Source: Ignavibacteriota bacterium (lineage in GTDB: Bacteria; Bacteroidota; Ignavibacteria; UBA10030). Taken from it: 64,000 bases of DNA. A program made the position numbers and the translations under genes. The notes under the pieces were generated by a model. That model made no database searches and had not been told where the DNA came from. It was given only the letters and a program-made list of their open reading frames with translations. Positions 52,875 through 61,970 of the stretch are shown piece after piece; the first letter of the stretch is position 1, and each line of letters opens with the position of its first letter. The stretch covers positions 2,880,895 to 2,944,894 of the forward strand of contig OY969585.1 of NCBI GenBank assembly GCA_963701295.1, read 5' to 3'.

Positions 52875-53840
52875 TTACTTATTTTTCTTCTTTAATTTTA
52901 CTTGCGCTTCCACCCATGGATAGGTCAGTTTAATCCCATCTTCAAGATATACCTTCGCTTTCCAGCCAAGTGAGAATATCCGGTCATTTGAGAAATTACG
53001 CGATTGAACTCCGACCGGGCCCTTGACATGCTTGATAATGATTTTCTTTTCTGCGACCTTCGCGACTGTATTGGCGAGCTCATCAACCGTTACATACTGC
53101 GGGCATCCGATATTCACAGCTCCCCTCAAATCCGAATGCATCAAGAGATAAATACCATCCACCATATCGCTTACGTAGGTATAAGAACGAACTGCTGTGC
53201 CATCTCCCCAGACTTCAATTGTGCCGCCATTTTCGGCTTCCGCCACTTTGCGAGACATTGCAGCGGGAGCTTTTTCCCGTCCGCCCGTCCAGGTGCCTTC
53301 CGGGCCGTAGCAATTTTGAAACCTCGCAATCCTTACTTGCATTCCATACCGGCGCTCATACGCCATGGCAATACGCTCAGAATAAAGTTTCTCCCACCCG
53401 TATTCGTTATCGGGATGCGCAGGAATTGCCTGATCTTCCGACATCTCAGGCTCGCCCGGTTTCATATCGCGATAGACACAGACAGACGAGGAAAAGAAAT
53501 AGCGAGGTACGCCCATTCTTGCCGCGAGATCCGTCATATAAATATTCACAAGCGCGCTATTGTGCATGATCTCGGTTTCAGCGGAATGAATAAAGCCCAT
53601 TCCACCCATATCTGCAGCAAGTTGATATACTTCATCGAATGTACCGCCATCGACCGTAAGCGCTGTACGACAATTGTCTTCAATCCTTAGATCCAGCAAG
53701 AGAAATTCATCCGCCGCCTTCGGCGACCATTCGTGCGGCTTGATATCGACGCTGCGAACCCAGTAGCCTTCTTTTTTGAGTTTCTTTACAAGATGACAGC
53801 CAATAAAACCTCCTGCACCGCATACTAAAGCTTTTTTCAT
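52875..53840 (-). CDS. GDP-mannose 3,5-epimerase-like NAD-dependent epimerase
   Basis: ALVCGAGGFIGCHL plus LAADMGGMGFIHS...FFSSSVCVYRD, which matches the GDP-mannose-3,5-epimerase hallmark (AADMGGMGFIQS...YASSACIYPE) as I remember it. Confidence 0.65.
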   Translation of the reverse strand: MKKALVCGAGGFIGCHLVKKLKKEGYWVRSVDIKPHEWSPKAADEFLLLDLRIEDNCRTALTVDGGTFDEVYQLAADMGGMGFIHSAETEIMHNSALVNIYMTDLAARMGVPRYFFSSSVCVYRDMKPGEPEMSEDQAIPAHPDNEYGWEKLYSERIAMAYERRYGMQVRIARFQNCYGPEGTWTGGREKAPAAMSRKVAEAENGGTIEVWGDGTAVRSYTYVSDMVDGIYLLMHSDLRGAVNIGCPQYVTVDELANTVAKVAEKKIIIKHVKGPVGVQSRNFSNDRIFSLGWKAKVYLEDGIKLTYPWVEAQVKLKKKNK

Positions 53841-53850
53841 GATGTTATCA

Positions 53851-53878
53851 GTTAAGAGTTATGAGTGAATAGTAAATT
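53851..53878. repeat. Short heptamer repeat (AGTTAAG AGTTATG AGTGAAT AGTAAAT)
   Basis: Read directly, upstream of the epimerase-like gene. Confidence 0.4.
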
Positions 53879-54099
53879 TGTTAGATAGTTATTTTGTTCT
53901 TAGTTGTTAGTTAAAGACATATTTTATTAACCGATGGTATGAAGAAAACCCGAATTTTTATATCAGAGTAAGAAATCATTCAATGCACTTCCCCTTTTTC
54001 CCCTTCTTAACTAAGGAGGGGATATGGAGTAGTTGAAATTTTTGATTGGTGCATTTTCTATTGTAACTTCTTGTGCGGTTTTTACCTTTCTACTTGCTA

Positions 54100-54176
54100 A
54101 ATCTTCTTACTTATCACGTATTACCTATCACTCTTCACCGTTCACTCTTCATCGTTTACTCTTCACTCTTTACTGC
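54100..54176. repeat. Heptamer-periodic array of about 11 units; starts within the last codons and stop of ugd
   Basis: The minus strand reads AGTAAAG AGTGAAG AGTAAAC GATGAAG AGTGAAC GGTGAAG AGTGATA GGTAATA CGTGATA AGTAAGA. Confidence 0.7.
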
Positions 54177-55476
54177 TCTTTCTTCCAATTCCATAATAGG
54201 TAAACCCGGCATCCTGTACTTCCTTGGGATCGTAAATATTTCTTCCGTCAAACATAACCGGCGTCTTCATAATGGACTTCATGTAAAGCATATCCGGTTT
54301 ACGGAATTCATTCCATTCCGTCACGACAATCAGTGCGTCTGCATTGTTCAGTGCGGCGTATGCCGTCTTACAAAACTGCACACGAGCACCAAACACTTTC
54401 TTTGCATGAGGCATCGCAACCGGGTCATGGGCTTTTATGGTCACCCCCTCTTTCAATAAGCTTGATATGATCACCATGGAAGGAGCTTCACGAATATCGT
54501 CCGTCTGAGGCTTGAATGCAATTCCCCAAATCGCAACAGTTTTTCCTTTGAGTTTCCCTGCGAAATGTCTTTTAAGCTTTGCGATCAGCATTTTCTTCTG
54601 GTCTTCATTGATACGGTCTACCGCATCGAGAATGCGCAATGGATGCGCATTGTTCGCCGATGTTTTGATCAACGCCTTAACATCTTTTGGGAAACATGAA
54701 CCGCCGTAGCCGATACCTGCAAATAAAAAATTCTTGCCGATGCGCGGGTCGCTGCCAATTCCTTTTCGTATCCATTCGATGTCTGCGCCGACTTTCTCGC
54801 AGAGGTTTGCAAGATCGTTCATAAATGTGATCTTCGTCGCCAGAAATGAATTTGCTGCATACTTTGTCAGCTCTGCGCTTTTTTCATCCATGACGATGAT
54901 GGGATTGCCGGTACGGACAAAAGGTTCGTACAGTTCTCTCATGACTTGTGCGGTTTTCTTATCGCTAGTCCCGATAATGATGCGATCCGGTCTCAAGGAG
55001 TCTTGAAGCGCCGACCCCTCTTTGAAGAATTCCGGATTGGACACGACTTGTACGTCGTATTTCCCGCGGTTCTCAAATATTTGCCTCATTTTTTCTACTG
55101 TGCCGACCGGAACTGTACTTTTGCTGACAACGATTTTTGCTTCATTCAAATAACCTGCTATCCCCTTTGCTACTTCCATCACATGTGTAAGGTCAGCAGA
55201 ACCGTTTTCCGATTGCGGTGTTGGAAGACAGAGAAAAATAACTTGAGACTTTTCGACTGCAAATTTTAAATTCGTCGAAAATACCAAGCGCCCGTCTTTT
55301 ACGTTTCGCTTTACGACCTCATCCAGGCCCGGTTCATAGATCGGAATAATTCCTTTTTTAAGGTTGTCGATCTTTTTTTTGTCGATATCCATGCAAATGA
55401 CGTTGTTGCCTGTGTCTGCAAAACAAGCGCCTTGCACAATGCCTACATAACCGGTTCCAATAATAGATATCTTCAT
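54163..55476 (-). CDS. ugd: UDP-glucose 6-dehydrogenase
   Basis: MKISIIGTGYVGIVQGACFA...GGSCFPKD. Confidence 0.9.
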   Translation of the reverse strand: MKISIIGTGYVGIVQGACFADTGNNVICMDIDKKKIDNLKKGIIPIYEPGLDEVVKRNVKDGRLVFSTNLKFAVEKSQVIFLCLPTPQSENGSADLTHVMEVAKGIAGYLNEAKIVVSKSTVPVGTVEKMRQIFENRGKYDVQVVSNPEFFKEGSALQDSLRPDRIIIGTSDKKTAQVMRELYEPFVRTGNPIIVMDEKSAELTKYAANSFLATKITFMNDLANLCEKVGADIEWIRKGIGSDPRIGKNFLFAGIGYGGSCFPKDVKALIKTSANNAHPLRILDAVDRINEDQKKMLIAKLKRHFAGKLKGKTVAIWGIAFKPQTDDIREAPSMVIISSLLKEGVTIKAHDPVAMPHAKKVFGARVQFCKTAYAALNNADALIVVTEWNEFRKPDMLYMKSIMKTPVMFDGRNIYDPKEVQDAGFTYYGIGRKSSKE

Positions 55477-55484
55477 AATGACTT

Positions 55485-55547
55485 GTAAATAGTTAAGAGT
55501 TTATGTTGAATGGTTAATAGTAAACAGCAAACAGTGAATAGCAATCA
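55485..55547. repeat. Heptamer-periodic array of about 9 units immediately upstream of ugd
   Basis: tgtaaat agttaag agtttat gttgaat ggttaat agtaaac agcaaac agtgaat agcaatc. Confidence 0.6.
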
Positions 55548-55620
55548 TTAAAAAGTGGTCATCAAGGCATACGTTAACACTCCAAAAAAACCATAAGATT
55601 AATAATTTTACGGATTAATT

Positions 55621-55830
55621 GACAGAAAGTAAAGGATGAGAAGACGATAAACAGTGAATAGTGAAAGGTAAAGAGTTAAAATTGAATAGTGAATAGTAAA
55701 GAGTGAAGGGTTAAGAGGAAAGAGTGATGAGAGTTCGTAGTGCGTAGTTAACAGAGTAAAACAACGAAGAGTAAACAGTAAATGGTGATAAGTGATAGGT
55801 GAGATGTGAATTGTGAAGAGATACTCAACA
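55621..55830. repeat. Long purine-rich 7-bp-periodic array (~30 units) immediately downstream of the wbaP-like gene
   Basis: ...agtgaat agtgaaa ggtaaag agttaaa attgaat agtgaat agtaaag agtgaag ggttaag... The 99-aa minus-strand ORF at 55608-55907 is its low-complexity translation. Confidence 0.7.
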
Positions 55831-57270
55831 CGCACCTTTCCCGAAGAGAACAACGGGGATGGTTGCAAAGATAATCTCCAGATCGAAAATGAGGGATTGA
55901 TTCTCAATGTAATAGAGATCGAGCCAGATCATGTCATGAAATCCGAGAGCGCTTCTTCCTGATATCTGCCACAATCCGGTAATTCCCGGTTTTACTTTTT
56001 CACGAACCTTAATGGTGTTCCAATAATCTTTCGACTCTTTGAGTTTTTCTAAATCGAAAACAGGCAAGGGTCTCGGACCGACAATACTCATTTCTCCTCT
56101 GATGACATTGATCAGCTGCGGTAGTTCGTCAATACTGAGTTTTCGGATAATCTTGCCGACCTTTGTCATGCGCGGGTCATTCTTAATTTTAAAAAGCGCT
56201 CCGTTCGATTCATTTTTTTCAAACAAGGATTCTTTGAGCGCATCCGCGTCTTTCACCATACTGCGAAATTTATAAAAGTAAAACATTTCACCGCCGCGAA
56301 TTGCCGCACGATGCTGCTTAAAAAATATCGGCATCCCTGACTCTATCAATATTGCCGCTGCCGTAACAAGAAGTATCGGACTGAGAAGAATCAATGCAGT
56401 GACAGCAAAGACAATATCAAACAACCGCTTGAGCACATATTTAGCGGTGTCAATGCGTTTTCGTTCCTGGGAGTAGATAGTAATCCCTGCCATATCGTAC
56501 ACACGTGACAACGACATGAGAGAACCGGAATTCTCCGACAGTACTTTAAGTTTTATCTGTTTCTTTTGGCATATTTTCAGAATACCAGCATACCCGTTTG
56601 TCATTGTCTCAATGGAAGGAACAAAGACCCTGTCAATTTCAAATTTCTCAACGAGATGTTGAAATTCGGATAATGGATACGTTGGGATAAGAGATCCGTT
56701 TATTCTTATATGCCGGGGAGTTCTCTGAGGTTGTTGATGAACAACCATGCCTTGAATGACATATCCCAGCTCGGGGAATTTCTTAAACCGCCGTACAACA
56801 TTCATACCTTCCTGATCGTATCCTGCAAGGAGAACATGATGATTTCCATACCCCCGCTGCTGCATAGAACGAACAAAGATATTTAAAAGCACTCTGCCAA
56901 GAACGAAGAGTACGGGCAGGAGAAGAAAAAAAATAATTGTGAACCTTCTTGGAAAATCGCTGTATTGAAAGAGAAAAAGAACCGAAAAAAGAATGAGCAC
57001 AGAATAGAGATATGCCTTACTCGCTAAAAAATAGAGACGCTTGGTATTGCTGTGCAATGTAACCCGATACACTCCGATGATCAGCGCTGAAAAGATCATC
57101 GACAATCCAAGAAATGCGCTGAATTGAAGAAACACGGTTGTGGAATAATAGGATAGATTGGGAAAAAATCCCCGTACGATATAAGCAAGAATCGCGCTTG
57201 TTACAAGAGCGAGAGTATCCGTAAGAAGAGCAATGAAAATTACTATGGTTCGCCAGTTGCGTTTCAGCAT
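55825..57270 (-). CDS. Polyprenyl-phosphate hexose-1-phosphate transferase (WbaP/WcaJ-type priming sugar transferase)
   Basis: N-terminal transmembrane block. The C-terminus reads LKRLFDIVFA...PIFFKQHR...DELPQLINVIRGEMSIVGPRP. Confidence 0.85.
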   Translation of the reverse strand: MLKRNWRTIVIFIALLTDTLALVTSAILAYIVRGFFPNLSYYSTTVFLQFSAFLGLSMIFSALIIGVYRVTLHSNTKRLYFLASKAYLYSVLILFSVLFLFQYSDFPRRFTIIFFLLLPVLFVLGRVLLNIFVRSMQQRGYGNHHVLLAGYDQEGMNVVRRFKKFPELGYVIQGMVVHQQPQRTPRHIRINGSLIPTYPLSEFQHLVEKFEIDRVFVPSIETMTNGYAGILKICQKKQIKLKVLSENSGSLMSLSRVYDMAGITIYSQERKRIDTAKYVLKRLFDIVFAVTALILLSPILLVTAAAILIESGMPIFFKQHRAAIRGGEMFYFYKFRSMVKDADALKESLFEKNESNGALFKIKNDPRMTKVGKIIRKLSIDELPQLINVIRGEMSIVGPRPLPVFDLEKLKESKDYWNTIKVREKVKPGITGLWQISGRSALGFHDMIWLDLYYIENQSLIFDLEIIFATIPVVLFGKGAC

Positions 57271-57532
57271 GTATAATTGGTTTTTCTATTCAATGATCCC
57301 CTTGCCTCCGAGGAAATATGCACTATTCCTTATATAAATTTGGAATAATTATACCAGAGATGCAAGAGAGAACTGTTCTCCCAGACCAGAATGTGCGCTG
57401 AATCAACTTAAAACTAAGCAGAAGCCATACTGGGTGCTGTCGGGACTTATTTGCCCGCTTGACGAGCCCTTCGCAGTCTGATAACCAGCCTTATCGCGGG
57501 GGGGCGCTGTATTTTTTGTCATCAGATTATGC

Positions 57533-57972
57533 CGACATTGCGAATGACTGCAAGGAGCGCGACAGTCTTACACCCGTCATTGCGAATGTTTTCCAATGAA
57601 GCAATCTCTCTTTTCCCTATGGTATCAGATTGCTTCACCGCTTTCAGCGGTTCGCAATGACAATATGAAAGTCATTGCAAACGACTTCTAGGAGCACGGC
57701 AATCCCTCTTTTCCTCTTTCTCCGTCATTGCGAACAGTTTCATCGTGAAGCAATCTCTCCTTTTCTCAACGTTATCAGATTGCCTCAGTCGTTTCACTCC
57801 TTCGCAATGACATAATAGGACGGTCAGTAGACTACGTGTCATTGTGAGCGACCGTAAAGAGTGCGGCAGTCTCTCTCATTCAGTCATTGCGATCCCGACT
57901 TGTCGGGAGAAGCAATCTCGTTTTTTCCCTTAGTAAGTAGGTTTCTTCGTCTTTCGGGATCTTCGCAATGAC
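57533..57972. repeat. Array A of structured palindromic repeat modules (GTCATTGCGA / TCGCAATGAC half-sites with nested hairpins)
   Basis: Modules at 57577-57660 and 57724-57811, plus partial units. Details are in the findings. Confidence 0.75.
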
Positions 57973-57980
57973 TTGGCTCT

Positions 57981-58298
57981 TTATTCTAATTCAAGAGGAA
58001 GTATTTCTCCATCTTGATACAAATCTTTCCATTCGGGATTCACATTATCAATAAGATCAAGTTTCTTCTGTCTTGAACCTGCTTTGATTTGTTTCTCGCG
58101 TGAAATGGCATCATAAGCAGTTTCAAATATTTCATAATACACGAGTTTGGTAATATTGTACCGACTTGTAAATCCTTTTATCTGTTTCTCTTTGTGTTTC
58201 CATACTCTTCGTGCAAGATCATTTGTCATGCCGGTATACAGTACAGTATTGTTCTTATTGGTCATTATGTATGCAAAGTATTGTCGTTCTTCGTACAT
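57981..58298 (-). CDS. Small GIY-YIG nuclease-family protein
   Basis: 105 aa. FAYIMTNKNNTVLYTGMTNDLARRVWKHK is a GIY-YIG motif variant (YIM...LYTG). Typical small stand-alone form. Confidence 0.8.
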   Translation of the reverse strand: MYEERQYFAYIMTNKNNTVLYTGMTNDLARRVWKHKEKQIKGFTSRYNITKLVYYEIFETAYDAISREKQIKAGSRQKKLDLIDNVNPEWKDLYQDGEILPLELE

Positions 58299-58304
58299 AA
58301 GTTA

Positions 58305-58745
58305 TGTCGTCATTGCACTCTCACACGTCATTGCGAACGTAGTGAAGCAATCCTTCTTCTATTCAGTCACTGCGAACATTTTCATCGTGAAGCAATCTCT
58401 CCTTTTCTCGACGTTATCAGATTGCTTCGTCACCTGCCCCTTCGGGGCTTCGTTCCTCGCAATGACAATATGAAAGTCATTGCGAGTGACTGCAAGAAGC
58501 GCGACAGTCTTACACCCGTCATTGCGAACGCAGTGAAGCAATCCTTCTTCTATTCAGTCATTGCGAACAGTTTCCTCGTGAAGCAATCTCTCCTTTTCTC
58601 AACGTTATCAGATTGCTTCACCGCTTTCAGCGGTTCGCAATGACATAATAGGATGGTCAGCAGACTACGTGTCATTGCGAGTCCCAACTAAGCGGGACGA
58701 AGCAATCCCGTTTTTTCTTTCTTAAGAGAATAGCGTCGCTGTTTC
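58305..58745. repeat. Array B of the same structured palindromic repeat modules
   Basis: Modules at 58366-58466 and 58557-58642, plus partial units. A 40-bp sub-module (GTCATTGCGAACGYAGTGAAGCAATCCTTCTTCTATTCA) occurs twice. Confidence 0.75.
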
Positions 58746-58807
58746 ACTCATCGCGTTGATTTGGCGCTTTATTTGAACGGATACACACTGGACAATTACA
58801 ACAAACA

Positions 58808-59944
58808 TCAGGAGGCAACTCCAGATGCCATCTTTTCTTTTTCCCCTGAAACCATTTTACAAAATAACTTTTCGTACTGATTAGTGATCTTTTCCCAAGT
58901 ATATTTTTCTTCAATTCTTTTTTTTGCTTTTGCACGGAAAGCCTTCACAAGGGATTCATCAGAATCCATGTGATGGATAAGCCGAGTTAATTCGTTTGGT
59001 TCCTTTTTAAAATATACGCCATGCTCTTCTCCATCGAGCACTTCCCGGCTAAAGACAGTATCCAACGCAAGCACACAACAGCCGCTCGCAAGTGCCATTA
59101 GAAGAGTCGGATTAGTTCCGCCAAATTCATGTCCATGGATATATACATAAGAATTGCAATACAATTCACGCAGAACCTCCGCATCCCGTACATATCCGGT
59201 AAATATTATTCTTAGATCCTTTGTCTGCCTAATAGATTCTGCGTAAGCATCTTTATAGGGAACATCCCCTACAATAACAAGTTTCCGCTTTGTCTTAGTT
59301 TGTTCAAAACCTCTGACAATATCGGCAGCGTTATTGTCCGGTATTAATCTGCCTACAACAAGATAATATTCATCGGGAGATAAATTATATTTCTGAAGCA
59401 GTTCAGGTTTTTGGCTTGTTGAAATATGTGCGCCGTATGCAATAACCACGCTCTCTGCACTAAATTCCCTCCTATAGATCTCAGCCATGCTCTCTGAATC
59501 TGAAACAACAACATTAAATAACTTTGTAGCAAGTTTGGATGCTGTGTAGAAGTACTTAGCGCCCAATCCTTTCCATTTAGGACGCAGCCATTCTAAGCCA
59601 TCGACATTAATAGCGGTTTTCTGTCTAAAGAGTTTTGTCAGTAAACCAAACGGTCCATTGGCAGAGTTTACATAGAATACAACATCATTCCCTCTGCAAC
59701 AGACATCAAGTGTGGAAAGGAGTGAATTAGTAAATTGGCTGAGGGTTTTTGATTTAATTGAAGGAATATATCGCAATTGCACACCATCGACAATTTTTGG
59801 ATAACTCCCAAATAGCCCACGATGACAATAAACTGTTACAATATGCCCTCGTGCTGTAAGTCTCGGAGCTAACTCAGCTACAAATGTCTCATAACCGCTA
59901 TAAACATAAGGATAACCACGTGTACCTATGATTGAGATGTTCAT
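58808..59944 (-). CDS. Glycosyltransferase family 4 (DUF1972-type N-terminus plus glycos_transf_1)
   Basis: MNISIIGTRGYPYVYSGYETF... N-terminus. C-terminal GT-B fold EFGGTNPTLLMALASGCCVLALD. Confidence 0.75.
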   Translation of the reverse strand: MNISIIGTRGYPYVYSGYETFVAELAPRLTARGHIVTVYCHRGLFGSYPKIVDGVQLRYIPSIKSKTLSQFTNSLLSTLDVCCRGNDVVFYVNSANGPFGLLTKLFRQKTAINVDGLEWLRPKWKGLGAKYFYTASKLATKLFNVVVSDSESMAEIYRREFSAESVVIAYGAHISTSQKPELLQKYNLSPDEYYLVVGRLIPDNNAADIVRGFEQTKTKRKLVIVGDVPYKDAYAESIRQTKDLRIIFTGYVRDAEVLRELYCNSYVYIHGHEFGGTNPTLLMALASGCCVLALDTVFSREVLDGEEHGVYFKKEPNELTRLIHHMDSDESLVKAFRAKAKKRIEEKYTWEKITNQYEKLFCKMVSGEKEKMASGVAS

Positions 59945-59954
59945 AATTACATTG

Positions 59955-61091
59955 TCACACTGCGTTAATACAATCTATTAATTTGTTTTGATAGGAACTA
60001 CTTGAAAATAATTTTTGTGCCCTCTCCCTTGCTTTTGCACCTATTCGTTGTCTCAACATTTTATTTTCGATAAGATTTCCAATTATTTTTGCAGCTGTGG
60101 CTTCATCATCAAACGGAATTAAAAAACCTGAATCTCCATCTATCATCATCTCGGTGGCACCACCATGATTTGTAGCCACGACGGCTCTACCTGATGCCAT
60201 GGCTTCGAGAATAACCGTTGGAAAAGGATCCGGCTGAGTTGAGGGTAATACAAATATATCAAACGATCGCAAAATATTTGCTATATCTTTTCGGTATCGC
60301 AAATCGATAACAACTTTTTCAAGGCGCAATGTCCTTTTCAAATCATCTAGTTTTTCATATAAATACTCATAACCTTGAAAAGCATCACCAACCATGACAA
60401 ATATAATATTTTTGTGTTCACGATATATTCTGTCAGCAATTTTGAGAAAATAGTCTTGGCCTTTCCAGTAATGCACCCGACCAATCATCCCGATAACTAT
60501 GGTATTCTCTGTTCGTTTTAGTTCCTTGTCTATGGTCGGACCATCTAACAAATAATTAGCGTATTCAATACCGTTATAAATTACCTCAATCGGTACTTTC
60601 TTGACATATCTTTGCCAATGGCTTTTTACTGCTTCCGATACAACAATGATTTTACTTGAGCAGGAATTGAGTAGCTTTCCAGTAAACCACGAAAATAGTA
60701 AAGGTCTATCAATGATTTCATGTATGTGCCAGATATGCTTTATATGCATTCTTCTCGTGACAAAAGCACCCACTATAACAGCCGTCGTATTTGAGTATAC
60801 TAATGTGATATTATTATCTATTATAATCTTTTTTATCTTGCTATAACTCTTTGTGATTGCTTGAATTCTGTTTAAGGTACCACTGATGCTAAAATATTTT
60901 CTACGCAAGATTCCCAAATCATATATTTTTACAAAAGCGCCTTTTTTTTGCAATTCGGGGACTAAGTCACCTTCCTCTGACAATACTACGGTCACACTGT
61001 TATTTTTTGATAGCAAACTCTCAACTGTATATAAAAGTATTTTACTTGCCCCATAAAGATCAGACGAACTATGCAACATGAGTATATTCAT
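59955..61091 (-). CDS. Glycosyltransferase family 4
   Basis: FPTVILEAMASGRAVVATNHGG near the C-terminus. Confidence 0.75.
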   Translation of the reverse strand: MNILMLHSSSDLYGASKILLYTVESLLSKNNSVTVVLSEEGDLVPELQKKGAFVKIYDLGILRRKYFSISGTLNRIQAITKSYSKIKKIIIDNNITLVYSNTTAVIVGAFVTRRMHIKHIWHIHEIIDRPLLFSWFTGKLLNSCSSKIIVVSEAVKSHWQRYVKKVPIEVIYNGIEYANYLLDGPTIDKELKRTENTIVIGMIGRVHYWKGQDYFLKIADRIYREHKNIIFVMVGDAFQGYEYLYEKLDDLKRTLRLEKVVIDLRYRKDIANILRSFDIFVLPSTQPDPFPTVILEAMASGRAVVATNHGGATEMMIDGDSGFLIPFDDEATAAKIIGNLIENKMLRQRIGAKARERAQKLFSSSSYQNKLIDCINAV

Positions 61092-61189
61092 TATTATACT
61101 TAACTCTTATAAAGATTTACATTTATATTCTTGAATATTTTAGCCTAAACCTAAGATATTATGATGTTTAAAATGCAAACTTATGCTGT

Positions 61190-61909
61190 TTATTCAATTT
61201 TCACTTTTATTTCAGTAGAGAACTTTTTTTGTCTTTTCATAATAATTTTTGCTGGCACACCTGCAACTATTGAATATGGAGGAACATCCTTGGTTACCAC
61301 ACTTCCGGCCGCTACGACAGAACCATGTCCTATTGTTACGCCAGATAGGATAACACTGTTCGCTGCTATCCAGCAATCGTCTTCAATTTTTACAAAGCTT
61401 CGCGTTACCCCCTGTTCTTTCATCGGAATAGTAACGTTATCGGTGTTATGATTCTCAGCATATATGCTGACCCGCGGTGAGATCATGACATTGCTTCCGA
61501 TCTCAATATAACCTGAACAACCAATATACGAATATGCACCTATATTTGAATTATTTCCTATGTGCAAACCCTCACCAATGGGACCTCCATAAATATTTGC
61601 CGGTCGTATAATCACAAATTTACCAATAGTCACCCGATTACCAATATGTATTTTTTTTTCTGCAAGACAATTAATTTCACAATTGTCTTCTGCAATGAAG
61701 TTTTTACCAACAAAAAGATTATGTGCGTATGGTATTTTTACATCTTTACCAATGAGTACGATCCCGGCGGATTTGCCGAAGAATATTCTTTTTGCTGTTC
61801 CTCGGATAAAAAACATTGATAGTCTCGCGAAAGTCAGTACTACATCATATCCATTCCATTGGCCTCTGAAACGGTCTAAACCTAACAATATTTTTAAATC
61901 TATAGTCAT
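61190..61909 (-). CDS. Hexapeptide-repeat (left-handed beta-helix) acetyltransferase
   Basis: Repeated [LIV]G.....I. hexads: [13 protein letters not shown]...[14 protein letters not shown]...[13 protein letters not shown]...[20 protein letters not shown]. Confidence 0.75.
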   Translation of the reverse strand: MTIDLKILLGLDRFRGQWNGYDVVLTFARLSMFFIRGTAKRIFFGKSAGIVLIGKDVKIPYAHNLFVGKNFIAEDNCEINCLAEKKIHIGNRVTIGKFVIIRPANIYGGPIGEGLHIGNNSNIGAYSYIGCSGYIEIGSNVMISPRVSIYAENHNTDNVTIPMKEQGVTRSFVKIEDDCWIAANSVILSGVTIGHGSVVAAGSVVTKDVPPYSIVAGVPAKIIMKRQKKFSTEIKVKIE

Positions 61910-61970
61910 ATCCGTTCTCTTAATATGTAGTGAAGTGAAAACAAAAATAGAAGTGAGTTAGTCCAAAGTG

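Noticed and set aside
55608-55907. 99-aa minus-strand ORF (..LFTIHYSILTLYLSLFTVYRL..)
   Set aside because: It is the periodic translation of the 7-bp tandem repeat array, not a protein.
58147-58643. 108-aa and 149-aa plus-strand ORFs
   Set aside because: Both overlap the GIY-YIG gene and the palindromic repeat array. The translations are repeat-derived.
57533-58745. Possible CRISPR array
   Set aside because: The repeats alternate between direct and inverted orientation. Their spacing is irregular (about 45-114 bp). The units are nested palindromes. No cas genes are present.
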